DNA of 63,317 nucleotides, counting the filler, from Trichomonas gallinae (taxonomy: Eukaryota): NCBI GenBank assembly GCA_008369845.1. It is 3 parts of 3 records of this genome, joined end to end, with 100 filler letters (N's around TTAATTAATTAA, not from the genome) between each part and the next. Parts side by side here need not be neighbours in the genome. Positions count along the whole stretch, not along the records: positions 20,963 to 41,665 come from MRSU01001402.1; 2 more parts are not named here. One strand, written 5' to 3'. Numbering within the stretch: position 1 is the stretch's first letter; each line of letters opens with the position of its first letter. A model generated the notes under the pieces. The model saw nothing but the letters and a program-made list of their open reading frames with translations. It did not search any database and had not been told where the DNA came from. A program made the position numbers and the translations under genes. Below are positions 29,401 through 40,044 of the stretch, one piece after another.

Positions 29401-32391
29401 TTAAACTTTTGAGTATTCAGCGAGAACCTTCTGTACCTCTTGAATCTTGTCAGAGTTGTCTGTTCCCATAACGTCGCTTTGCATCATTGACGATAATGCA
29501 AAAATCGGATCCACGCCTGATTTGTTGATAATCTTCATAGGATTCGAGTAGTTTTCTTGAGCTCTAATGAGAGAGTTCAGTTTCCGCTGGATGACTTGCT
29601 TCTGCATTTCCTGACACTCGCTGCACATGTCGATGTTTTCGCCGAGACATTCGATATGATAACTGTGACCACACAAAAAGTGCTTAGCAGGAAGATCAAT
29701 GACGCCGTTGCACTTCTTGCAGCGTGTCTGGTTTGCTTTGTAGTGGCATGTTGTGAGCTTAACTTGCTGCGTGTCTTCTTCCACAAGTTCGAACTCTGTC
29801 TGCGCTGCGATCTTTGTCATCCTACGGATTCTGTTCTGGCGAGCTTCAAACTCAGCACGCGCGATTCCTTTGACGAAGTGCATCTTAAGCTTGCGGTCTG
29901 CAGAGATTATATCTAGAAGATCAAGAAAATCGATTGGTCCATTGATGTCTTCCATCTCTCGATATATCTTTGTTTCTTTCTTCTTTCTATGTTTGCCATC
30001 GTCCTTTTTTTCGTCTTCGTCGTCTTCTATCTTTAGGTCGATGTCGACTGTGTCATAGTACAAAGTAGAAACTCTGCTCTCAGCTTCATTCCTCGCGCGG
30101 ACAATGTTGTTAATCATAGCACCAACGCAATGCGTCAATGTGTTAATCGCTGCCTCGTCACCTTTCTTTCTGGCTTCTACTGTTTCTGACACTAAATACT
30201 TGATGGCATATCTCCATAGCGAGTTCGTCTCTCTCCATATTGGAACTGGACAAGTCTCTTCGAAGAGTGTAGGAATAGTTTCGTACTTTGAGAGTTTGAT
30301 GTATTCTTCGTAAAACTTTACGTCGTCCTTCATGTATATCTTCTGGAGTCCATACTTGAAGTCTTCTGACTTAAAGAAAAGCATCAGACTCTCGTTCGAG
30401 TATTTCTGTTCTTTCGCCTGTCGTGAAAAGAAATCGTCGAACCTGCTGTTCTTGTCGGTCTCCTTCTGCTTGAAGACAGACGTCATCAGCGCGACATTCC
30501 ATACATCTGGCGTGCAGACTTCTGGGTGCTCGGTAATTTTGTCGATGAATTCAGAAAGAATGAGCGGCTTCAGCATGAAAACCCTCATGACTTCTTCTGG
30601 TTCAACTAGTTCTTTCTTGTCTTCCCCTTGTATTGGGCAGCCAGCTACGCAGCATAAAGAAAGAAACGTCGTGAAATGCTTCAGCTCATTTTCGTCTTTC
30701 ATTGCATCAACGATATCTATGCCGTAGCGCTTGAGAATCGCCATGACTTCGTTAGCAGATATGTAGCGCATGTGATCGCATATCCTGGTGTAATCGTGGT
30801 CTTCTGCAAGCATTCTTGCGTATTCCATGTTCAATCCATAGTTTTTCGCTAGTTCTAAAGCTTCTGTTCTATAACCACTGAGATTGAGAACTTCTACTGC
30901 AGTTGCTACATCATAATTCGGTGTAACTTGTTTAGTGCTGCCTTCTATGTACTTCTTTATCTTATCATCTTTGCGTAATTTTGTATAGCAATTAAAGAGT
31001 AGTGTAGTATGCTCTTTATTTGCAAGCCTGTGTGCTTGTAGGCCTTCAAGATAACGAACTAGGTACTCTGCGTATTGAGGATCAATGAATCTAGTGATAA
31101 CATAAGAAGGCTCAAGAAAACCAATTGTTTGGATGTATTCATCGATTGATTTGTCGAATTTATGCTTAGCATAGTATGAATCTGCACGTTTTGAGTGAAT
31201 TGCGCTAATATATTCTTGTCCCATTTTATGAGTTGCAGCAATTGCAAGTGCAACATCGAATTGCTCGTTCTGTATGATGGATGTAATTTTTTCATTCATG
31301 TCAACTTCAACCATTCTCGTTATAACATTCGACGTTCGAACTAAAATCACAGAATTCCACTCTAGAAACACATATCTGATGTTATCACCATTTGGTGCCT
31401 TACCAAAGATGCATGGAGGTGTGAAATTATAGATTCTCACAGCTGAATCTTGAGCTTTTGCAAATATGCAGAGTAATGAGTGTCCAATCCAATAAATAGA
31501 TGATGGTTCGCTATTTAAGTGGTATTCAATAGGTTTTCCTCGAGATTTTTGCGTAATTATTTGATTATTTCTCTTTTTCCTTTTTGTAGTGTTCACAGCT
31601 TCAATCTGAGGTACCACTTCAACATTTGTTTGTGATTCAAGTGAACTTCGTGCTGATTCGCAGATTTGGCCGTATTTATTATATAATGTTATAACATTTT
31701 GATTACAAACCATTAAAACACCATCTTCCTTGAGTGTTGCCAATCCACGACCAGCTCCTTGTGGAGAAGTTACAACTTTCTCATTAGGGGCCTTATTTTC
31801 TTCAGTCCATTCATAATACTTGATTTCGTGGTCTGTAGTGACAAACATTGCACTCACCTGTGGATTGTTAGCATCGCGAGTGAACAAAATATTCGTAATT
31901 GTTTCATTAAATAAATGTGAAATCGGTTTCGATGTAAATGGCTCCGAAAATATAACGAGCTTGCGTTCCTCGATTATGTACGCGAATATCGAAAGTGTAT
32001 CATTGATTGCAATCGTGCATGGTTTATTTTGTATTAAATCATTCAAGTAAAACTCCTTAGGAACATATATTACGCGTCTATCTGGTGTGTTCGTATCGAA
32101 CTGAATGAAATAGAAACTGTCTCTTGATGTTGTTGATTTCACAGCAACCATTGCAAGCGGTTTCTTCTTTGCACACGCTATAGACAGGAATATTTCATCC
32201 TCTCGTCGCTTGAGAGTAATAGTTTTGTCAGAATTCGGATTTGTGATTATTGCACCTTCAGATGAACGAATGTACCCGAGAATACCACCATATCCAGTGT
32301 CACACTTCGATAGATCTAGATACTGAAGCTTAGGATATGGATTGTCAATAACATCATATAGATGATATTCACGATATTTCGCTTCGTTCAT
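29401..32391 (-). CDS. VPS11: Vps11/Pep5 (HOPS/CORVET core subunit)
   Basis: YIQTIGFLEPSYVITRFID, LANKEHTTLLFNCYTKL, and C-terminal RING CKKC..IDLPAKHFLCGHSYHIECL...CSEC. Confidence 0.93.
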   Translation of the reverse strand: MNEAKYREYHLYDVIDNPYPKLQYLDLSKCDTGYGGILGYIRSSEGAIITNPNSDKTITLKRREDEIFLSIACAKKKPLAMVAVKSTTSRDSFYFIQFDTNTPDRRVIYVPKEFYLNDLIQNKPCTIAINDTLSIFAYIIEERKLVIFSEPFTSKPISHLFNETITNILFTRDANNPQVSAMFVTTDHEIKYYEWTEENKAPNEKVVTSPQGAGRGLATLKEDGVLMVCNQNVITLYNKYGQICESARSSLESQTNVEVVPQIEAVNTTKRKKRNNQIITQKSRGKPIEYHLNSEPSSIYWIGHSLLCIFAKAQDSAVRIYNFTPPCIFGKAPNGDNIRYVFLEWNSVILVRTSNVITRMVEVDMNEKITSIIQNEQFDVALAIAATHKMGQEYISAIHSKRADSYYAKHKFDKSIDEYIQTIGFLEPSYVITRFIDPQYAEYLVRYLEGLQAHRLANKEHTTLLFNCYTKLRKDDKIKKYIEGSTKQVTPNYDVATAVEVLNLSGYRTEALELAKNYGLNMEYARMLAEDHDYTRICDHMRYISANEVMAILKRYGIDIVDAMKDENELKHFTTFLSLCCVAGCPIQGEDKKELVEPEEVMRVFMLKPLILSEFIDKITEHPEVCTPDVWNVALMTSVFKQKETDKNSRFDDFFSRQAKEQKYSNESLMLFFKSEDFKYGLQKIYMKDDVKFYEEYIKLSKYETIPTLFEETCPVPIWRETNSLWRYAIKYLVSETVEARKKGDEAAINTLTHCVGAMINNIVRARNEAESRVSTLYYDTVDIDLKIEDDEDEKKDDGKHRKKKETKIYREMEDINGPIDFLDLLDIISADRKLKMHFVKGIARAEFEARQNRIRRMTKIAAQTEFELVEEDTQQVKLTTCHYKANQTRCKKCNGVIDLPAKHFLCGHSYHIECLGENIDMCSECQEMQKQVIQRKLNSLIRAQENYSNPMKIINKSGVDPIFALSSMMQSDVMGTDNSDKIQEVQKVLAEYSKV

Positions 32392-32447
32392 TTTTTCTTG
32401 TGAAAATTCGCAAAATTCAAAAAAGTGACAAAACGAGATCGTTCTTT

Positions 32448-32830
32448 GTAACTCAACTTCTGGAAACCTGCCATATGATTCTATTGATTAAATCATTCTT
32501 TATAACATCTCAATTTTATAAATTTGAAATTTTCATAATATTTTGTTACTTTAATAAAGTCATTGGGATCAAGAATATATTACAAAAATGTCTATATGAT
32601 AAATATCTAAATTCCTAGTTGACATTTTGTTATTATTCAAAAAAAATATTTAATTTAGTAACTCAATTTCTGGAAACCTGCCATATGATTATATAGATTA
32701 AAACATTCTTTATAACATCACAAACCTGCTTCAATTTCATATATTTATTATTCTCATATTATTGTTTTTGCTCTAATATAGTCATTGAGATCAAGATCAT
32801 AATATAAAATTGGTTATGTAATAAATATCT
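32448..32830. repeat. Diverged tandem duplication, period about 210 bp
   Basis: GTAACTCAA(C/T)TTCTGGAAACCTGCCATATGATT...CATTCTTTATAACATC at 32448 and 32658. Both copies later share AGTCATTG.GATCAAGA and end ATAAATATCT. Confidence 0.85.
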
Positions 32831-32990
32831 TCTTGCGATTCCTTGAATAGATGTCAACTCAAACACCATACAGCTTTGATTTTGGCTTCATTAAATAATA
32901 ATGAAGAAGTTGTCAACATATTTCTTTCAGTTCCTGGTATAGATGTCAACTCAAAGACAAGGAAACAGCTCTGACTTATGCATGGATGAA
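32823..32990 (+). pseudogene. Ankyrin-repeat gene remnant
   Basis: Pieces read LLAIP*IDVNS, TALI, ASLNNNEEVVNIFLSVPGIDVNSK and ETALTYA, with one stop and frameshifts. Same repeat type as the 16968 gene. Confidence 0.8.
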
Positions 32991-33115
32991 ATCATAGTCT
33001 AATTTAAATGCATGATTAAAGATGATATTTGATGTAAGGGAAAATAATATGATTGAAATAATTATATTTTAGCACACATAAAACCTCTTTTATCATATTA
33101 TGATAGAAAACATAA

Positions 33116-34729
33116 TTAATCTTCATCGCGGGCGCCCATAGAGCGAGGAGCTGGTCCAGTAGCCTTCTTGGCCATGCAGATCTGGTCAACACGGAGAAGG
33201 GTGCAGGCAACTTCACAAGCAAACTTCATGCCCCACTCCTTAACGTGAGCAATATCCCAAGCACCTAATGCGACAGCATCACCGACTTCCATGTTGATGA
33301 CATCGACCCCGGAGTTCTTATCTCCCTTGTTGTGGGCGGCGCGGATCTTAGCCATGAACTCTGAGATGCGGATGCCAGAGTTCTCAGCGATTGTTCTTGG
33401 AACAACTTCGAGAGACTCAGCGAACTTGCGGATGCCGTACTGGTCCATGCCTGGCCTCGACTCAGCGAACTTAGCGATCTGTGTGGAGAGCTCCATCTCA
33501 GAAGCGCCTGCACCAGCGACGAGGGCTGGGTGCTCTGTGAGAATTCTGAAGGAGTTGACGGCGTCGTCGAGTGAGCGCTCGATGTCGTCGATGATGTTTG
33601 GTGTAGCACCGCGGATGATGACTGTAGAAAGGCCGCCGTCTGCTTCGAAGATGACGATTGGTGTCGAGCCGATTTCGCGGGCTTCGACTGACTTGCATGT
33701 GCCGATTTCCTCGTCTGTTGGGGCTCCAATGCGGAGAAGTGGGATGGCTTTGACTGCACGAGCGAGACGCTTGATATCCCAGTTGGATGGGAGCTGGACA
33801 GCCATGATTCCGTGCTTCTCGAGGTAGTGGATGCCGAGTTCTGTGAACTTGGACTGGCAGACAACGACGTTGACGCCCTTTTCCTTGATCGAGAGAACCA
33901 TTTGTTCCATTCTGTTCTCTTCTGAGAGTGCGAAGTTCTCCATCTGCTTTCCTGATGTGAAAACTGTGGACATCTTCGTATCTGTCTCAGCGAAGTCGAA
34001 AGATGTTGCGAAGATTGCGATCTTAACATTTTCTTGGCGGCGGATTGTGCCAACGACTTCACGTGGGATAGCGAATCCCTTGACAACGAAAGAGTCCTGG
34101 ATTGAGCCACCGAGGCACTTTGCATATCTAACATTGTCAACATTGAATTTCAGCTGGTGATTTGGATAAGCCATGAGGCAGGCATCAGCAGCGATGTTAG
34201 CCAAGAAGTCAGCATCCAAGTATTGGTGAGATGAGAGTGGAGTTTTGAGGCAAGCAGCAATCGATGCTTTATCTTCGAGATTGAACTTGTTGTTGAGCTG
34301 TAATGTTGGAAGAATGCGAAGAGCTTCAGCGAGAGCCTTCTGGTAGCCAGCAACGATATCCTTTGTGTTGATTCCTGCACGTACGAGCTCTGTAGCACGC
34401 CTGAGGAGTTCACCACCGAAAACTAAGACGAAATTCGTGCCATCGCCAACCTGTTCCGCTTGCATCTGAGATGCAGTGACGAGCATTTTAGCGGCTGGGT
34501 GCTGGATTTCGGCTTCATTGAGGATTGTTGCTGCATCACCTGTTACGTATAACTTTCCGAAGTGATTTTTGATGATTTTCTTCATTCCGTTTGGACCGAT
34601 TGATGTTCTCGTTAATTCGCTCAAATCGACGACAGCATCGATGTTTTGAAGCAGGACTTCGTCGACACCTGAGAAGTAGCGTGTTCCGTCCTTGAAGAAT
34701 CCGTTGAAAGATAACTTCTTCGCTGCCAT
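33116..34729 (-). CDS. CCT8: Chaperonin CCT/TRiC theta subunit
   Basis: FSGVDEVLLQNIDA, TRTSIGPNGMKK, QHPAAKML, GDGTNFV, FNVDNVR and LRVDQICMAK are theta-type signatures. Strongly C-ending codon bias. Confidence 0.96.
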   Translation of the reverse strand: MAAKKLSFNGFFKDGTRYFSGVDEVLLQNIDAVVDLSELTRTSIGPNGMKKIIKNHFGKLYVTGDAATILNEAEIQHPAAKMLVTASQMQAEQVGDGTNFVLVFGGELLRRATELVRAGINTKDIVAGYQKALAEALRILPTLQLNNKFNLEDKASIAACLKTPLSSHQYLDADFLANIAADACLMAYPNHQLKFNVDNVRYAKCLGGSIQDSFVVKGFAIPREVVGTIRRQENVKIAIFATSFDFAETDTKMSTVFTSGKQMENFALSEENRMEQMVLSIKEKGVNVVVCQSKFTELGIHYLEKHGIMAVQLPSNWDIKRLARAVKAIPLLRIGAPTDEEIGTCKSVEAREIGSTPIVIFEADGGLSTVIIRGATPNIIDDIERSLDDAVNSFRILTEHPALVAGAGASEMELSTQIAKFAESRPGMDQYGIRKFAESLEVVPRTIAENSGIRISEFMAKIRAAHNKGDKNSGVDVINMEVGDAVALGAWDIAHVKEWGMKFACEVACTLLRVDQICMAKKATGPAPRSMGARDED

Positions 34730-35120
34730 TTCTGTGTTTTTTTAATGTGGTCAGGTGATTTTGCCATCGGAGAAAATCAAATAATTCGCCTGACCACTTA
34801 TACTTGTTATATGCATTTTCTCGCTCCCTCAGCTGTCCCTGAAATGTCGTCACAAATGATTGCGGACAAAATCAGAAATTCATAAATAAAAATCTCATTT
34901 TTAAATCCCACAGCACATTATCCTATTAAAATCATCATCTATATATCATATTTCTAATATTAATTTATAATTTCACGCTAATAATTAAATTTTCCTAATT
35001 TATCTAGTTTTTTGTCCAAAAATAATTTTTGAAATTCTATGTTTTCTGTGAGATTTGATGCTTTATGAGGTTTTGGTCTTATTAAAATCTATATTTCAAA
35101 TTCAATGTTACAATACATGC

Positions 35121-35570
35121 TTATTTATTAAGATTTGGGAATGACAATTTCACTCTCCTGTTGTATTCATTCATGTTTTTGGTGTATAAATCAGCGGCCT
35201 CATTATTTGCAGGCGAATGTGGGTTTGGCAAGACAAGGAGAGAGATGATTGATGTCATAATCGCAGCTGCATCATATGCATTTGACCAATTTGTGTTTAA
35301 GATATCTATGCAAATATTTCCGTTCTGATAAATGTTAGGATGGAATGGAATATCGATGAATTTAACCTCTGGGCATGTATGTGGATAGTCTGTAGAGAAA
35401 TCGAACTTCATTCTAAAATTAGCACCTTCCCAAACAGTATCATCCGGGCCGAATAGGACAACATCCCAGTGATATATGTTGCTTGGGTCCATTGTGACGA
35501 CATAGCTCTTCGTTGGGTCGTCTTTTATCTTCTTGTAGTCCCTCAAAATTCGCCGCTGGGCTGGATTCAT
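35121..35570 (-). CDS. Ubiquitin-conjugating enzyme E2, Rad6/UBC2-like
   Basis: PAQRRILRDYKK, FGPDDTVWEG, FHPNIYQNGNIC (active-site Cys), PNPHSPANNEAA. Confidence 0.95.
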   Translation of the reverse strand: MNPAQRRILRDYKKIKDDPTKSYVVTMDPSNIYHWDVVLFGPDDTVWEGANFRMKFDFSTDYPHTCPEVKFIDIPFHPNIYQNGNICIDILNTNWSNAYDAAAIMTSIISLLVLPNPHSPANNEAADLYTKNMNEYNRRVKLSFPNLNK

Positions 35571-36044
35571 TTATTGTTTAAATTCTTGACTATTTTTGAG
35601 AGAAAAATTTGACAATTTTTAATTTGTGCTTGTTTTGTTGATTTCCTTAATAACCTCTTTATAAAAAGCATTTTCTACGTGACAATCTTGGAAAAATATG
35701 ATACGATCGAACATTTTGATAAATTTTGGCTCTTACTCCAAAACAATCAATATATATAATATTCATACCTATGTGAATCTATTTCCTTGTTCTTATAACT
35801 TAGCTTTTTAGAATTTCATTTGATCAAATAACAAATAAAAATGTATCATTTATTGTTAGCATAGTTTACGTATATTGAGATGAATTGAATGGCTTTCTGG
35901 AAAAAAGGCGTGACTGGCTTGATAAATTTTTAATAATTTTGATCAATTTGCTGTAAATCTGGATATATAATGTGCATGAGGAATAAAGCTTTATTTTATG
36001 AATATAGTATGAAAGAACATATTATGAATTTATAAGAAAAAATA

Positions 36045-36995
36045 TCATTTGAGATCCATCTTAACAGCAAGACGAGCGAACTCAAGAGCACCTTCGTATG
36101 TATAGAAAACACCAAGGAATCCTGTTTTATGGCAGAATTTTCCGCCTGGAATTCCACAGGCTTTTGAAAGCTCTTCTTCCATGAGTCCACCATGTGGAAG
36201 GCGAACACGTGGCTTGAATGATCCTGGATATTCAACAGTTTGAATTCTCCAAGGAAGATTTCCATCTTGACGGAGGTAGAAATAAACTAGTGGCTGATCT
36301 TGCTTCTCTATATACTTGAGATGTGGTCTTGGATCACAAAACTCTGATAATACCATGATGTGTCCGCTCGGATCTATATCAAAGCGGGAATCATAGGCTT
36401 TTTGTGTAACATCCGCAGCTGGAACATCACATTCGCATAATCTAATGAGTATAGCAGTGAATTCTTCGCCGACTATTTTAAGTGCTTGTTTAAATTCAGC
36501 GGTACACTCTTCTTTTTGAATGTTGAGATAGTCTATTCTGTGAGAGATATCTGAAGTAATGGTGTATTTTGGTTCCATTCCCTCAACTTGAGAAAATCCA
36601 TTATCAATTGCATCGATTTCTTGAACAAACCGGTTGTACATCTCTTCATAAATGAATTTCATATGATTTCCTGCATCTAAGTTGTTTTCTTTTAGTATTT
36701 TTCGTATAACTTCCTCTCCATAATGTAAATAAACTAAGCCGCATGATGATAATGGGACTTTTCTATTTGGAAATGTCTTGAAAAATCCAAGTTGGTGATG
36801 GTCAAAGCGTTTTTTCTCCGGATCATAAACTCCTCCGACATCACAAACAATTTCGCATTCTTCTAATGCACTTGGATCACGTGTGCGGATGACTTCGTAA
36901 TCTTTGAACTGAGGCAATGACTTTAACAAGAAAACAGACAAGACATCGTCTGCATGGAATTTTCCTGAGTGAACAGCAATCTTCTTCGCAAGCAT
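36045..36995 (-). CDS. MYG1: MYG1 family metal-dependent exonuclease/hydrolase
   Basis: HSGKFHADD, RTRDP, DVGGVYDP...FDHHQ, LSSCGLVY.HYG, IDAIDNG, FCHKTGFLG. Confidence 0.93.
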   Translation of the reverse strand: MLAKKIAVHSGKFHADDVLSVFLLKSLPQFKDYEVIRTRDPSALEECEIVCDVGGVYDPEKKRFDHHQLGFFKTFPNRKVPLSSCGLVYLHYGEEVIRKILKENNLDAGNHMKFIYEEMYNRFVQEIDAIDNGFSQVEGMEPKYTITSDISHRIDYLNIQKEECTAEFKQALKIVGEEFTAILIRLCECDVPAADVTQKAYDSRFDIDPSGHIMVLSEFCDPRPHLKYIEKQDQPLVYFYLRQDGNLPWRIQTVEYPGSFKPRVRLPHGGLMEEELSKACGIPGGKFCHKTGFLGVFYTYEGALEFARLAVKMDLK

Positions 36996-37634
36996 AAATA
37001 TGACTCAAAACATAATAAATCCATCAAATATCAGTCTTTTCAGCTCACTTATAGCCTATTTATCGACTAATTATCAACTTTTACTCAATTTTTTTTAGAT
37101 TTTATCGATTTTACTAAATATCAATATGTTATGTTGATAAATTCAATATTTTATCATTTTGTAGTTGAGTCACATATATAAATTAGCCTTATTACAGAAA
37201 TAAATTGTGAAAAATATAAATTTAAAATTAATATCATTTTCCAATTCAAAGCATTATGCTTTAGGATGTAATTTTGCAGTCTTTAGTGTATATCACAACA
37301 TATCTTGCAAAACAATGCATGATAAAAAAATTCTTGAAGAATGGCTGAAAGAAACTTTATGTTTATAGTCATCAATCTACTAGAATGGTGTTTGAACTGA
37401 GTAAATTTAGCAATGAGCGAAAAATGATATTTTACATATAATTTGCATTTTGTAAAAATTGTAACAGCGACATGTATATATTTCTCGATAAATAGTGTAT
37501 TAATGTATGTTTTTTAGGTTTTTGTCTTGATGAAATCTGATTTTTTTCGAATATTTAATTTCATGCTTGATGTAGGTATGAATTACTTTCTATTGTAGAA
37601 AATGATTAGTTGGTAAAAAGAAAATGATGATAAT

Positions 37635-38015
37635 TCAGGTCTTGACAATTCTCAAAGCGGAATCTAATGTAGTTTGCTTTTGTACTTTCTCAGCGATATC
37701 AGCACGACCTAATACTCTAATTGATATAATCTTTGCAATGCTCGATAAGCTGATATAACCATCTTCAGTTTGAGAAGGAAGAAAAACGTAAGATTTGAAT
37801 GACTTTGGTTGTGAAAATACACTGAAAGTGCACCTGGGTGTTCTGAATACCTTTGGTATTTCGAGATTATATAATTCATAAAATTGATCGCCAATTGCGA
37901 CCATAATCTCTTGAAGGTGGCCATCACTAAACCAGTCTCCCGGTGGCTCAGCAATATCAACTTGAATAAATCTATCAGGAGAAATTCTCACTTGCAAATG
38001 GTGCGTTTTACCCAT
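37635..38015 (-). CDS. Hypothetical protein, 126 aa
   Basis: ATG-initiated ORF with coding-like composition between AT-rich flanks. Confidence 0.65.
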   Translation of the reverse strand: MGKTHHLQVRISPDRFIQVDIAEPPGDWFSDGHLQEIMVAIGDQFYELYNLEIPKVFRTPRCTFSVFSQPKSFKSYVFLPSQTEDGYISLSSIAKIISIRVLGRADIAEKVQKQTTLDSALRIVKT

Positions 38016-39115
38016 ATTTGACTTTTAATAAAATGTGGCCTAGATCTCGAGCTGATATTCTGTATATAGTATCTACCAATTGTATAGATTTTCTCTTTCT
38101 GATATCTAAGAGATTTATGAGTGGATTTTGAAGTTGATTTATTCAAACCTTACAAACAAAACCAATTGTGTGATCCTTATAAAGAATTCCATGATATATG
38201 GTGTTTTTAATCAAGAAAAATAGTACTTATTGTTAAAATAAAATTACAAGATATATGATTGTACAGTAATCAGGTAGATATTTTACTATGTCGGTAAGAA
38301 TTCTTTCTGCAGTTATTTTTTGCTATTAAAAGATGTTATAAATTGGTAATCATAAGACTTAAAATATGTATTATTATAGAGCCTGATTGTATGTAAAATA
38401 CATGTTTATTGATGTTTCATGTTGTACTCTAGCGGGAATAACAGAAATCGTGGAAAAAAGAATAAATATTCGGACTTTTTTTAATGACTTGCAAATATAT
38501 GCAAAGTAAATGAAGCGTTAATGAATTTGCATCGTATTCTAATAGTGTTGCTGTGTTGAAAATGTAGGTTATTAAGATAAATTGTTTCGAAAAATATGGA
38601 TTGAATTAGCTAGACTCGAATTAATATAATATCTATTGTTATCTATGCCATGGTAATATGCTTGAATGCGTTAAATTGATATTGTCGCGACTTTTTTGGA
38701 AGTTACAAGTTGAATTTTGAAAATAAACGGAAATGAATATTACATTTTTATTATTGATTTTTTTCAGATATTATTAATTTTGGTATTAAAAATCATGAAA
38801 CTTCGAATTTTTATATTTACAGATAGGGGCTATTTTAACCACTAAATATATAAGTAACAATAAATTTAGGAAATTTGATGAATCGAAAAAATAATTTGGA
38901 TTTTTAATTTTGTAGATTAAATTTGTGTTTTGATGCATTATTTACCCGATGGTGCAAAAGAAAATTAATAGTCTTAAGTAGTCATACACATGCGATGACC
39001 CTAAAATATGATATGTCGAGCTAATTGACATGTCATTTATCGAAAGTTTACATTTTTTACATGACAAAAAATCAAATCTTTGTCACTTTTCTAAAAGAAT
39101 TTTGGCGAAAAAATC

Positions 39116-39582
39116 TTGAAGTCTTCGGAGAGCGTCGAGGCATTAAAAATCATAGCAACGCTTCTCGAACTCCCTGAAAACAAGATATGTGCTGACTGCA
39201 AAGTGAATCCATCGAAGTGGGCTTCTACAAACCTGGGCACAATGCGGAGAAAGTCGAGGAACCAAAGGTTGTGACACCAGCACATCAACAAGTAGAACAT
39301 CCAGAAACATGCAGCTCAGACGAAATTGATGATTTCTTCGATGAATTCGAGAAAGAAACAAAGAAACAATTACCTAAGAAAGCCACAATAGAATATTTCT
39401 TCAATGAAGATCCTAAACTAGCCAAACAGGTAAAGATTCCAACTCCTTTCACTCCATCGGCTTCACACAAAGGTCCTTTGTGGAGTGAAAGGATTCAGAA
39501 ACTCATTAAGAGCCGCGAAAAGTCGTCGTTGGAGATAGAAAGCGGAAAAAACATCACCATGAATAATAAGAATTATATATAA
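39116..39582 (+). pseudogene. ArfGAP gene with lost start codon and frameshifting internal deletion
   Basis: The frame from TTG 39116 reads KSSESVEALKIIATLLELPENKICADCKVNPSKWASTNLG (ArfGAP N-half). The coding-like C-terminal region (HNAEKVEEP...DDFFDEFEKE) continues in a different frame to TAA at 39582. Confidence 0.8.
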
Positions 39583-40044
39583 TATCTATCTTGTTATTGT
39601 AAATATGATAGTGTGAATTGCAATTTATCACTTTATTCTGCTGCTTTCGTTTGCAAAAATATTGATGTAATGAAAAACTTACATCAAGCTTATTGTTCTT
39701 TACTAAACTGATTTTCGACAAAAACTACACACCTCAAGTTGTATTCATCTAACTGCAGTTAATTTTTTGTTTTTTTATAATTTTATTCGATAATATATCA
39801 AAAGCTTACTAAAAGTAGCTTATAATACATTTATTTTGGTGCAAATTAGTTGTATTTATATGCTTGTTAAAATTAAATTGAATAATATTTTTCATAAGAA
39901 AAAATTGCTTTTGATTTGACTAAAGATTGATACAACATGTCTCACTCTGCAAATAAAATCAGAATGTATCATTTGTATGATTATAATTCAACTCTGCAGA
40001 TAATTAATAAGTTGCAGATGAATATTTGTAATTAAATGAATATC

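Noticed and set aside
33265..34853. Long alternative-frame and antisense ORFs over CCT8
   Set aside because: Expected from strong C-ending codon bias that depletes off-frame stops.
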